Assembly (NCBI GenBank): GCA_048772705.1 | Contig: JBLWGC010000180.1 | Span: 62,001 to 126,000, forward strand | DNA from: Leidyana gryllorum EB-2025a | Taxonomy: Eukaryota; Protista; Apicomplexa | Direction: 5' to 3' | Length of the DNA stretch: 64,000 bases | Shown: one piece after another, positions 35,838 to 47,211 of the stretch | Position numbering within the stretch: position 1 is the first letter of the stretch | How the letters are laid out: the number at the start of each line of letters is the position of its first letter | Notes under the pieces: generated by a model | What the model saw: only the letters and a program-made list of their open reading frames with translations | The model's database searches: none | Told to the model about the DNA's origin: nothing | Translations under genes and position numbers: made by a program

Positions 35838-38800
35838 ATGATGAGTCGGGTGAGGAATCGGTCCATTGGTGGCTCTTCGGACAGCGAAGCCCCACCCACT
35901 GATACCTACGAAGTTGAGGAGTTGCGGGATTACCGCCGTCGTAATGGAGAAGTGAGTTATTCAATGTCTGCTGGTCAATCATGGACCACAGGATTTTTTT
36001 CTCATCAAATGGAAAGGATATGGGGAGGAAGAATGTACTTGGGAACCGAGGGTGAGATTAAGGAGTGTCTTCAGTTGTGTATACAGAGATTCGCAGAGCA
36101 ATCTTGGTTCCGATTTGAACGGGCAGATAGAAAAAGTAATTGAAGCTAAGCGGGCGACCAAGGCTGGCCGAAGTCCTAAACGCTCTCGTCTCGTACTCTC
36201 CAGTGATGAAGCTTCGGGTTCGGAAACACCTCAAGATCGCAAAGTCCGCCGTACAGATAGCGCAGAAGGTGACGTGTCGACAATCGATGAGGGCAATCTC
36301 TTACCGAGGCTGCTCAACAACAAGGTTGCTCGCACCGAGGGAGTGGAATTAAGCAGGTCGATCAGTGATGATGAAACTAATGAAATCACGACTAATTCGC
36401 CGAAACGCATCACTCTCTTTGACATCAACCGGTGCGCAACACCTTCGTCGCCGGACGGAACCGGTGGAGGAGGATATGAGGCTGCAACGCAAGACGACGG
36501 GCAACACGACAAGCCCTCCGACGAGCAATTACCTGATGGAGCTTTGTCTCCCAGTGGTTCTGCCCTACCAGATGTCAGCCCACTCAGCCCGTCTCAGATC
36601 ACTGTTGACAAAGCGGATCCCACCTCACCATCTACCTCCACGAATCCCGGCGGCGCAACACCGGTTGGAAGTGACGCACAGACAAGCACCGCGCCCCACT
36701 CTGCCCGCACAGTCGACACTGTGGACACAGGAATCATGTCCGACACTTCGACAAGCGATCAGAGGTCACACCAGCAGCATGTCTCTGGACCGATGGAGAC
36801 ATCGGTAATGTCCGATGGCGAGCAAAGTAAAGAAAACGGAGACAAGATAAATGTGCTAGACATCGACTCCTCTAACCCCCCATCTGACATAGAAGTGTCA
36901 CGTGTAGTCCTCAAGGTCTCCTCAAGCTCGATGGACATGACCGGCCCTGGAGTGCAGGCTGGTCTCGAAGAGGTTGATCTTCAACCTCAATCATCTTTGC
37001 CAAGTGTCACGGGCGACAGCGTTGATCTTCCCACTCCCGCCCAGTCGTGTGCAGAGCAGCCAGATCGCGTGGAGGCCCGGCCGCCGAGTAGAGGAAGAGG
37101 GAGTAAGACTGCAGCAGCCAAAACAAGGCCTAGTGCGGGATCAGCACGTGGCCAACCTAGGTCTAGAAACGCGGCATCCAAATCTGGCCCTCGGACCACC
37201 AAGTCCGCCAAATCAGCAAGCACAAAGGATGACACGCTTGCCCCGTCACCGCCACCGCCACCCCAAAGGTCGGGGAACGACACCTCTGACATCTCCGTCG
37301 GCTTGTCACACGAAGTTCCATTTGTGTCCCCCCCTACCTCTACTGGAATGATGCGAACACCATCTCGATTCCTGCCAAGTGGGGCTGGGGTCTTACCCGC
37401 CCTCTCTACTCCCATCGGCTACCCACCAGCCATCGATTGTTCCATCAACGGATTGTATCCTCCTGGACAATGGCCCCAGCGGTACTCCTCACCCCCCTTG
37501 ACGGCTGCCTCGCAGCTGCCCCCAGCCGGACCCTTCCGAGTTGAATATATTGGGGAGCCTCCTCAACGCGGCTCGACTGGTCTGTGGGTTTTGCTAAGAT
37601 CCAACGAGTAAGCATTTTAGTTTGAAGAAGACACTTCACAATCCTTTGTTTCAGCGGTTCGGAACGTTACATACCCATTCACGAGGCCAGAAGAGATTTT
37701 CCTCGCGAGCTGTGCGATTATTTCATTCCTCGCATTCGGTTGCCTTAGTTATAGTTCTAAAGGACCAAAAAATGATCTCGTTTGATCATGAGGGACTTCA
37801 GGTGTCCCAAGTACCCAGATTGCTGATTGATGAGCGTGCTCTTAACCTGCGTGACCAAGAGCGCCGTCATGAGGCTCGAGTTGACCATTGTGTGCTGTGC
37901 AATACACTCGGCGGCTTAACTGTGAGGTGTGATTTATGTCTTGATCGGGCTCATGTTTTCTGCCTGTGCATTTTCGCACTTGGAAACCCCGAGGTGCGTA
38001 CAATTTCGAAGTTGCTTGTACATCCTCTTACTGTTTCGCATTAAGTTGAACCATTTTCCTCCCTTCGGCTAACAGGACTTAGATTGGATTGGAGCACGAT
38101 GCCCGCAAGTGGCGGACTGCAAAGATCGATTCAGCGACGACCCAGTCGCGCGCCAAATGTTCAGCGACCTCTATAAGGCTGCTAGAGCTCAAGGAACGGC
38201 AATGGTCACCGGGAGTATGCAGACACCCACCTTTCTTTGCCCGGCCTGTGAAGCATCTCGACTGTCAGTGAGCGAGCGTGTGCAGGCGCATCAGCGTGTC
38301 TCATCCTTAATCAGCGGGACTTGGTTGAATGTGTTTATTGTGGCAGCGATCGATATCAAGGATCCATAGTGCGATGTCGCTCGCCTCGCTGCAGTCGAGG
38401 CATTCATGCTTTTTGTGCAACGATCCTGGATCGAAGAATGTATGGTGCCACTTTAGATGACGTAGTGTGGGTACGCGACGACAATGATCTCGAGAAAGAG
38501 TACCCTCTCCGAACATTGGCTGAGTGCTTCGGGGATCCGTCTGTCAATAATGCTGTCGTCTCAAATAACGTCGACTTGGCCTTCGACAGATGCAATCGGT
38601 CGGGCCGATCTCTCGAGGAACAAGGGGGATACTATTGCCCAGAGTGTTGCACAGTGAGTATCACCCGCTATTTTGGCACTCTGACAATGTAGTCTCGAGT
38701 CGTCGACCTGAAATATAAGAGAGACGTCGAAACTATATTTCCCAACAAATGTTTCTACGTGCAAGACGAACTGTCGGACGAGGAACTGGCGCGCTTGCGG

Positions 38801-40952
38801 ATCTGCATGAGAAGTGAGAAAGATCGGATTCGAAGTGATGCATGGGCTGAGCAGTGGATTTGTGGCGACCGTTTCGCAGTTGACGAGGACACAGTGAAGT
38901 GGCAAACGGCGTCAGATCTCAGCCCCACACAAACTCATTCGAATGTTCCCGCGGAAGCGTACCCTTCTCCAGAGCAAAGCAGCGGACTGTCAGCACAGAC
39001 CTTTGCTGTCTGTAGCTTGTGGTTTCGGAGAACCAAACTAAGTGTCAAAGACCGGGAAGAAGTCGATCAGTGGGCGAGAGATGGTGTCTTCCGACCGGAC
39101 GAGGAGGCCCTTGTTCGATGCAACCTATTGCAGTCGGTGGTGCAAGACATTCTTAAGAGGCCTCCCGACCTCCCTTATCGTGAGAATGGTTCCCCCTCGC
39201 AGGGTCTCCCCCTTCAAACTGCGCGGAATGGTCGAGTGCCACGATCGAAACGACGAAAGATGGCGATGCCGGCTCCAAAGAAAGCGTCCCCAACTCTTCC
39301 TTACAACTTCACGCTACCGGGTGTGGGTCTCTTTGCCGCCTCAGCGGGGCCAAGTGAGCCTTCGTGGATGTACGAGACAGACATCGATGCGACTCCTGAG
39401 GTCCTCACCGACACCAGCGAGCAAGATTCCGACGATGTGTATCAAAAGGGTCCTCCCGTTGTCGTAATCAAGCAGTCGAAACGCAGTGGTGCCAGAGCCA
39501 AGGGGCGTTGGAAGGAAAAAGTGGGAATCGGGAAATCGAGCACCACGTCACAGACTCCACCGCTCGAGAATATCACGTCGGTGGCAGACCAATGCAATCA
39601 GTTTCGAAGTAATCGCTCATACGTCAAATGGTTACAAGAGCATCTCAACTTTGAGCTTCTCCAGCGCTATGTGTTCAGCGCGCTCGCTCTCGAGTATGAC
39701 CGAATTGCGTCCTCGGATTTAGCACCAGAGTTCCGAAGTTTATTCGTCGAACACTATGATCCCAAGAGTGTGATGCATCCGCTGTCGCCAAGTTGTCTTG
39801 CGCCTTTGGAGGAAGTGGTCCTCAGCGAGATTGGGTCGTGTGAAGTTCCTGCAAATCGGGGGGCTCGCGCGGGATGGTGTCGTCACGAGAGATTGCGAGA
39901 GATCATGTTGACAGGACGCCATATGCATTATGGAACGCCGCTGAGCCCGCCCGGCATGATGCGAGCTCTATTGCTGTTATATGAGAGGATGGAAGAGTTG
40001 TTTGGACGACATCGATACCGATTACTGGCAAAGAAACCAGAGATGAGTCCGAAAGATGTCGGGCTGCCGACCAGCTGGCTTGACTTGTATGATCTGCACA
40101 AGTGCTGCATCAAAGTGTGGAATGGTCGAGGCCATTTGGCCGAGATAGTGGACGGGGCACGGTGTGGTGTGCGCACTGTAAGTCACATTACATTGCCCTA
40201 TCATCGTATCTCCTTCCGTTTCAGTTGACTGATGCTGTGGTAGTATTGGAAGACGAGCACCGGGTGTTCTGCGACGACCTCGTTTACCATCCGCTTGTGG
40301 ACTCCACTTTCAATACTACCGAGGACACACTCCGCTTCCAGAAGGACGAGATTACCTTTCGTATATACAAAGTGTTCGCCAGATTTGGATTCCTACCCCC
40401 CATCACGTTGGACAATAATCCCAGGTTTGGCCTCCCAGATACACTTTCTTCATCAGAGAGTTTCAGATTGGGGGTGTATGTGCGAGCGTCTCGGCCCATT
40501 CCTCCCTTCACCATCATTGGGGAATATGTCGGGGTGGTGGAGCCCCAGCGGTGGCATATTTCGAGAAACCTTCAAATCAGCGACTCCGTCTATGTAAGGA
40601 AGCGGGTGGACGTTTCTCTGTCGTCGACGGTGTTCTACAGGATATTGACACAAAGCATAACAGTCGCCACTCTTTATGTATCGTACCCGAGCCGTACACT
40701 AACTTTGGTGAGTCCTTTCCTATCGATATATTTGCGACGTTCACTTCTATTGAAGTGCGCTATATCGCGGGCATCAACAATACACGACAAAGCGATCTGG
40801 AAAAACGCAATGTGGACGCGGCTGCTTTTGTAATCGGGAGGGAGGTGAGGCTCTTTGTTTCAACACTGAAGCATATCAAACAAAATGATATTCTGTATTT
40901 GAACTACAATGCCGGTTCGGAACCACTGTACCCCACAGAAGATTTTGAATAG
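35838..40952 (+). CDS. Chromodomain + two PHD fingers + ATXR5/6/TXR1-type SET domain protein (putative histone lysine methyltransferase)
   Basis: Spliced chromodomain [38 protein letters not shown]. PHD patterns CVLC..CDLC..HVFC..CPAC and CVYC..CRSPRC..HAFC..CPEC. SET: FTIIGEYVGVV..SLCIVPEPYTNFVRYIAGINN..ILYLNYNAG..YPTEDF. Confidence 0.85.
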
Positions 40953-40972
40953 CTATGAAATGTTTTTTGGAC

Positions 40973-41836
40973 ATGAAGTGGGGCTGGCTGGCAGTAAGTT
41001 GTGCGTCGGCAGTACCACTCAGGAGTATTCTGTCATTGGTCAGCTTTCCATGTGAGTCGCCCACGGTAGAGTGTAAGGAACGGTGTCGAAACTGCGAGAT
41101 ACCGGAAGGGTATCACCATCAAGTAGATCGTGTCTGGGAATGTCTCGCCAGGTTCAATATGACGGATTTCGGACATTGTCAGTTCCTGATCGATGCCGTA
41201 GATCATCTGTACGGCAGTTTGTGTTTGGGAATACCGCCTCATGATGGTCGCAGCAAAGCTGGTGGCGAGGACAGCATTCTGTTAGCAGACTCAGGTCAAT
41301 CGCGGGTGGATCTCAATTCAGCTGACGATGTTATCTACCGACTGGACTATCCTCCCTTTATCGAGACTGAGGTGAGAATGACTACGCGGATTGGTGTGGT
41401 GCACGAGACAAAAATTACATTGAACTGGGAATGTGAAGATGAAGACTCTGGAATCGACTTAGAATGGTCCGAGGGGATCACAAAAAGCATATTCGAACCT
41501 TCACCGTCGTGTGAGGTGGCAATTGATGATGTCCAGTGGCACCCACTCCCATCGCTTCCGTCGGAGACGCACTTTCAGGAGGAGACCGAACATGTTCACA
41601 ATGATCTTTTCAACTTGACCGATTGGGCGGCCGGGAAAGCTGCTTTTATCGGGGTACAAGCACTTGCGCTGCAAATCAGAGTCAAGAACCCCGATAAATG
41701 TCACGTTGTCTCTGTCGGTAGTATCATGTCAATATATCATCAGTCGGTGGTAGATCCCAAGAGCCTAAATGGCTTCGTGGGCGACCGACATTTTTCCTCT
41801 TTCGGTTTACTTTTGCTCTTGAACCTACTTTGGTGA
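40973..41836 (+). CDS. Cys-rich secreted, probably GPI-anchored surface protein, paralog A (alternative start 40955)
   Basis: Signal-like MKWGWLAVSCASA, 10 spaced Cys in the mature region, hydrophobic C-terminus FGLLLLLNLLW; intronless. Confidence 0.65.
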   Translation: MKWGWLAVSCASAVPLRSILSLVSFPCESPTVECKERCRNCEIPEGYHHQVDRVWECLARFNMTDFGHCQFLIDAVDHLYGSLCLGIPPHDGRSKAGGEDSILLADSGQSRVDLNSADDVIYRLDYPPFIETEVRMTTRIGVVHETKITLNWECEDEDSGIDLEWSEGITKSIFEPSPSCEVAIDDVQWHPLPSLPSETHFQEETEHVHNDLFNLTDWAAGKAAFIGVQALALQIRVKNPDKCHVVSVGSIMSIYHQSVVDPKSLNGFVGDRHFSSFGLLLLLNLLW

Positions 41837-42768
41837 TGTTCTCGCGTATTGTGACCCTCAGATTATTGGCTTCTTGTGCGGCTCTTCTCGTCACCCGAGA
41901 TGACACTATTTCATTTTCCTGCAAATCTCCGTCTGCAAGGTGCCAGCAGGCCTGCGAAGTAGAATGTGGCATGCGATCTCGCGGAATGACAACTCTGGAC
42001 GGCCTTGTTGAATGCCTCGAGGCCATGTCCCGGGCTCCGTTTTACGGATGTGAATTCGCTGTTGAGGCGACAATGACGTACAAACTTCTGATGTGTCCAG
42101 GGAATCGTGACGGATCTCTACGTCTTAAAATACGGAGTGAGACCTATTCTGAAGTGGACTATGTCATTCCTGACCGCAATGAACTGCACTCATTCCTGGT
42201 GTGGGTTGAAACAGGATATTGCAGCAAAGATGTTTCACCCGTTATCGATCTTGCCGTTGAGAAGGGAAACCAGGTTACTCAAGAAACGCTACCTGTATGG
42301 CAGCGGAGGGCACCTCAACATCTGGCGTCGTTCAGTGGAGAGGCGACAGAGCTTGAGGCGAAATACTCGACCTCGCTGGAGTTAGGACCTTCTCCTCTCG
42401 TGATTGGAAGTACCGGGATGGCTAGTATTCAAGGGACAGACGATCCACCACTAAACGATGCGCTGGAGGCTGGGTGTTCTGCCGCCACTGTGACTCCGTT
42501 CAACAAAGTGGAGCCGGAAGACCTCATATTCACCTACCCGACAGGGATGGTGCTCAATGTCACTTCATGGGCTCAATCACTCACAGAGCCGCGAGTGGCC
42601 ATCCCCACACTGTGGGAAATAAGTTCGAGTACTTGCTCCTTCCCCTTAAGAAATCAGTTTTACATCACTGCGGACCAAACCGCTTATATACGTATGGGCG
42701 CGACCGACAGCGCCCCCGCAGCTCTCGCATTGGGGGTCACGGCACTGCTGGTGTCCGCTTTATATTAG
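41836..42768 (+). CDS. Cys-rich secreted, probably GPI-anchored surface protein, paralog B
   Basis: Signal-like MFSRIVTLRLLASCAA, the same Cys spacing as paralog A, C-terminus DSAPAALALGVTALLVSALY. Confidence 0.7.
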   Translation: MFSRIVTLRLLASCAALLVTRDDTISFSCKSPSARCQQACEVECGMRSRGMTTLDGLVECLEAMSRAPFYGCEFAVEATMTYKLLMCPGNRDGSLRLKIRSETYSEVDYVIPDRNELHSFLVWVETGYCSKDVSPVIDLAVEKGNQVTQETLPVWQRRAPQHLASFSGEATELEAKYSTSLELGPSPLVIGSTGMASIQGTDDPPLNDALEAGCSAATVTPFNKVEPEDLIFTYPTGMVLNVTSWAQSLTEPRVAIPTLWEISSSTCSFPLRNQFYITADQTAYIRMGATDSAPAALALGVTALLVSALY

Positions 42769-43677
42769 AAGAAGCAACGTCATTATTATTAGGCTCAGAC
42801 TCAAATATAGCACCTGCTTGAGCTGTCGTCGATCTGCGGCACCTGTCAAGAAAGTGGTGCGAGACTCACTGTTTGTTTTCAGTACGAGAGCCATGCGACG
42901 CATTACTCCCCCCAAGGCCGCTCCGGTCTCGTCCACTCCAGCCTCGAAACCTTCCAACATCCTAAAAGGACTGATGAACCGTGAATTGAGCAACACTCAC
43001 ACGTGATGAGTGATTAGCTCCTCGTTCATCGCTCTTGCAGTTGCATTCAGGCGGTTGGCCGAAACTGCTATTTCGGTCAACATTTTGTCCTGCATACGTT
43101 CGACCTCCTGTTGTATTCCTCATCTGTATCCAAAGATTCAAGAGACTTCTACCTGTTGGTGCTCGCGCTCATTTTTAACGAACTCTGTATTCACTGTAGT
43201 CCGTTCGAACAACGCCGCTCGGGCTATGTCAGGCGAATGAATGTGACAACGTCGTTTAGCGTCCGCCTGCGCCGAAGATCATTCAAGTGGTGTGTGCGTT
43301 GTGATCAACTCATACCCTAGCATAGGTCAAACGCTTCTGGAACTCCTCCGCGAAAGTCTCACAGGCCTTAACGAAAGCTTTCCGGAGATCAACTTGGGCA
43401 GCTGTCAGAGCGAAACGTGCGGGGTTCATGGAGGCCACTTCGACAGTCTGCTCATGTTCCTAACAACACCAGGGGTATGTGCTAGCCTCACTTGGGAGAG
43501 CATTTTCACTTTCTCCTTAAAGTCACCAACGCCACGATTCAATTCAATCCCTCGCGATACGTCACATATGCACCTCTGCTTCGACGTCATTTCAGCCATC
43601 AGTATATTGAGATCATTCCTCATTCTGACCATCTCGGCCTCCAGCTGGGCCTTGGCCGTGTCATAGGGGTCTTCCAT
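42760..43677 (-). CDS. Syntaxin-6/10-like Qc-SNARE
   Basis: N-terminal MEDPY helical bundle, SNARE motif (QDKMLTEIAVSANRLNATARAMNEEL..MLEGFEAGVDET) and a C-terminal TM anchor; multi-exon. Confidence 0.75.
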
Positions 43678-43705
43678 CCACAAAAGATGGCACAAAAATC
43701 ACTAT
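43678..43705. promoter_or_regulatory. 28-bp head-to-head spacer with T-tract motif (GATTTTTGTGCCATCTTTTGTGG on the minus strand)
   Basis: Lies between the syntaxin ATG (43677) and the PRP16 ATG (43706); related motifs recur at other gene starts. Confidence 0.55.
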
Positions 43706-46700
43706 ATGGGTCACACGGAAGAACGCAAGCGGCGTCGTCACCAGGATGCACAAGGCTTTCCTCTACCCAAGAAACTGAGCAGACAACGCTCAGAGTCCGG
43801 TGAACACGATAGTTCGCCAGCGAGCGGAGGCGCCCGGGATGAAACAGCGTCTCAAGCTTCTTCCCACGCTTCCTCATGGAGGTCTCTGGCCTCTTCGCGG
43901 TTAACGCGAGACCGTATGACTGGTGGCCATATCGTTCCCAAACTCGAGGACGCGCTCAAGACGGGGAGTGTGGTGTTCTTCCAAGGCCAGAAGCCTTCTC
44001 CGAGTAGCACCAGTGCAATCCCAACCAGGAAAACGAGTAATGTTGTAGCTCGAGTGACCGGTCTGACTGACACCAATAATAAGGGCAGTGGCAGAAACTC
44101 TGCGCTGGAAGCAACTGAATTGGAGGAACCGAAAGAGGTTCTGGAGGAGCTGTTCGAGGGCCCCACGGAAGGGGATAAAGACATCGAAGCGGATTTTGTT
44201 ACTCGACTTGCCAAACAGATAGAGGAGCGGAACAATCGGGATGTTGACCGGTAAGTCCAATATCTTCATTCAACGACTGCATCTTTGCAGCCATTGGTAC
44301 AACCACGAGGATACGGGCGACGTGATGGATATGGGACGAGAGTCGCTTTTCGATGGATCGGTTTTGGAGATCAAGGGAAAGGAGCAACGTTATCGGAGAG
44401 ACCACGCCCGCATTCTGGCGAAGAAGAAAGCTGGTACTTGGAGCCAAGAACAAGACCGGTGGGAAGCTAATAGACTCAAAGCCGTGGGCCTTCGTCAAGA
44501 AGGACCTGATCTCAGTGTTTTAGAAGGGTTGGATAATGACTCAAGAGCAGTTATCATCGTCAAGGACACTGCCCCTCCCTTCCTCGAAGGTCGCCACATT
44601 GCCCAAATCACAAACGAAGAGGTATCAGTGGTCAGAGACTCGACATCTGATCTCGCTATGTGTGCGAGAAAGGGCAGTGCAGTATTGAATCGATTGCGCG
44701 AGGAGACCGAGAGGTCGAAGATGCGAGAGCGTTTCTGGGAGCTGGCTGGAACGACACTCGGGAAGGTTCTGGGGATCCAAAACGAACAAGACATCGAGGA
44801 AGAGCGAGCAGCCGACGAGGCCGCCACCTCACGGCCTCTCTCAAATTTGGGTGCTTCGTTGATACAGTCATCTCAAGGTCTACCGAGTCGCGAGACGATT
44901 AGAAAGCAGCAAGAGAATCTACCTATTAGCCGCTGCCGCGAGGACCTCATGCGAGTGATACGAGATCATCCGGTCACGATCGTAGTGGGCGAGACCGGTA
45001 GTGGCAAAACCACACAACTCACCCAGTATCTGTACCAAGAAGGGTACGGACGACGGAAACGGCCGATGGATCGCAAGGAATACATCGACGACGCTCCTTC
45101 GCGCCGACGGTCTCTGAACGACGACTCGGATACGTCATCATCTTCGTCAGACCGAGAGGTGTCAGAGACCCGACGCCCGCACCAAAACAACCCTCCCAAT
45201 CGCGTTGTGCAAAGGAATGTGATGATCGGCTGTACCCAACCGAGACGAGTTGCTGCGGTATCGGTAGCGAAAAGGGTTGCGGACGAGTTTGGTTGTGCTC
45301 TTGGCCGCGAAGTGGGATATAGCATCCGTTTTGAAGATTGCACGACACCGGGGGTCACTCGCATCAAATATATGACAGATGCATTTCTGCTCAGAGAGAT
45401 CTTGAGCGACCCGGATTTGGAGAAGTATGACGCAATTGTCATGGATGAGGCGCACGAGCGATCACTGTCGACCGATGTGCTGTTTGGACTTCTGAAGACG
45501 CTGATCTCTCGCCGTTTCGATCTGAAGCTCATCGTAACATCGGCCACGATGAATGCAGAACGGTTCAGTGAGTTTTTCGGCCAAGCCCCCATATATAATA
45601 TTCCTGGACGAACCTATCCAGTGACCACTGAGCACATGCGGTCGGTGTGTACCGACTATGTGGATGCTGCGGTGCAGAAGTGCTTACAGATTCACTTGTC
45701 TTTCCCATTTGACCCCGAGTCGCCGTCAGATGTGCTGATTTTCATGACCGGACAAGAGGATATTGAGGGTCTGTGCATTCTGCTCAGTGAACGAGCCGCC
45801 AGTTTGAAGGAGAAGATGTCGCCACTGTCCGTTCTACCGATATACTCTCAACTTCCGGCCGACCTGCAAGCCAAAGTGTTCGAACGATCCAAATATCGGA
45901 AAGTCATCGTCGCAACAAACATTGCGGAGACATCCTTGACTCTCGAAGGGATCAAGTTTGTGATAGACTGTGGGTTCTGCAAGTTGAAGGTGTTCTCTCC
46001 TCGGATTGGGATGGACACGCTGCAGCTGACACCCATCAGTCGTGCGAATGCCAACCAGCGGAGTGGACGTGCCGGACGTACAGCTCCTGGCATCTGTTAC
46101 AGACTTTACACCGAGAGGGCGTATGTGTCCGAAATGTTTGCCACCCAGGTGCCGGAGATTCAACGGACTAATCTGGCCCACGTTGTCCTCCTGTTGAAGT
46201 CTTTACATGTCAAGGATCTCTTGGCATTCGATTACATGGATGCGCCCCCAAGCGAAACTATTTTGAATGCAATGACACAGCTCTGGATGCTGGGAGCGTT
46301 AGATAATGAAGGTGACCTTACCCCACTCGGAGCCAAAATGGCTCATCTGCCCGTTGACCCAAGTCTCGCAAAGATGATTCTGCTCAGCAGCAAACTGCAG
46401 TGCTCCAGCGAACTTCTAACCGTCGTGGCCATGTTGTCGGTATCGAGCATATTTTACCGACCCAAAGGTCGCGCAGAGGAGGCGGACGCCAGTAGAGAGA
46501 AGTTCGCTGTGCCGGAATCTGATCATTTGACATTGTTGAACGTGTTTCAACAATGGACAAATAATAGAAATAGTCCAGTATGGGCAGCCAAACACTTCAT
46601 TCATCAAAAAGCCTTAACGAAAGTGCGGTCGGTGCGAGAGCAGTTACACGAAATCATCCGAGCACAGCGAATTGAGCCGGTCTCATGCGGGCAAGAGTGG

Positions 46701-47033
46701 ACTGTGATACGGAAAGCCGTTAGTTCTGGTTACTTCCATCACGCAGCCAAATTGAGGGGTTTGGGAGAATACATCAATCTTCAGACCTCGCTACCCTGCC
46801 ATCTGCATCCATCCAGCTCCCTCTTCCTCAGTGGTTTGGCCCCCGAGTATGTGGTCTATCACGAAGTTATGATGACAACAAAAGAGTACATGCAGAACGT
46901 AAGGTCATCATATTGTCAATGTGTCGCAATATTCTTCTGGTAGGTGACTGCAATCGAACCGCAGTGGCTCGCTGATCTGGGACCCATGGTATTCGCCATC
47001 AAACAAGCCGGAGGAGGCGCAGGCCGGCAATAG
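43706..47033 (+). CDS. PRP16: Pre-mRNA splicing DEAH-box helicase Prp16/DHX38, 2 introns
   Basis: DRHWY and FWELAGT Prp16 signatures; GETGSGKTTQ, TQPRRVAA, DEAH, SAT and QRSGRAGR motifs; HA2/OB region; last exon VTAIEPQWLADLGP. Confidence 0.93.
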
Positions 47034-47211
47034 CGACAGCCGCAAATCTTGCGATTTCAACATCGCTTTCAACGGCTGCGGCTGTTATATACCTGGGGGC
47101 ACAGAGGGAGAAATTTCGATCACCGAGATGACCGTCCGTAAGTCATAGATACTACGAGAAGCAAAGTGCGGTACTTTGTCAAACAAACCTCACTCCATCG
47201 TGCGTGGGCAG

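Noticed and set aside
43678-43700. Similarity of GCCATCTTTTG / CCATTTTG (also ~55678) to the dinoflagellate/Perkinsus spliced leader
   Set aside because: Only a short core matches and the GCTCAAG end is absent. I treat it as part of the promoter-like T-tract motif.
47085-47135. U1 snRNA-like words (ATACCTGG..GGGAGA..GATCAC)
   Set aside because: It lacks the ACTTAC 5' end, loop II ATTGCAC and an Sm site. It is better explained as a minus-strand intron acceptor.
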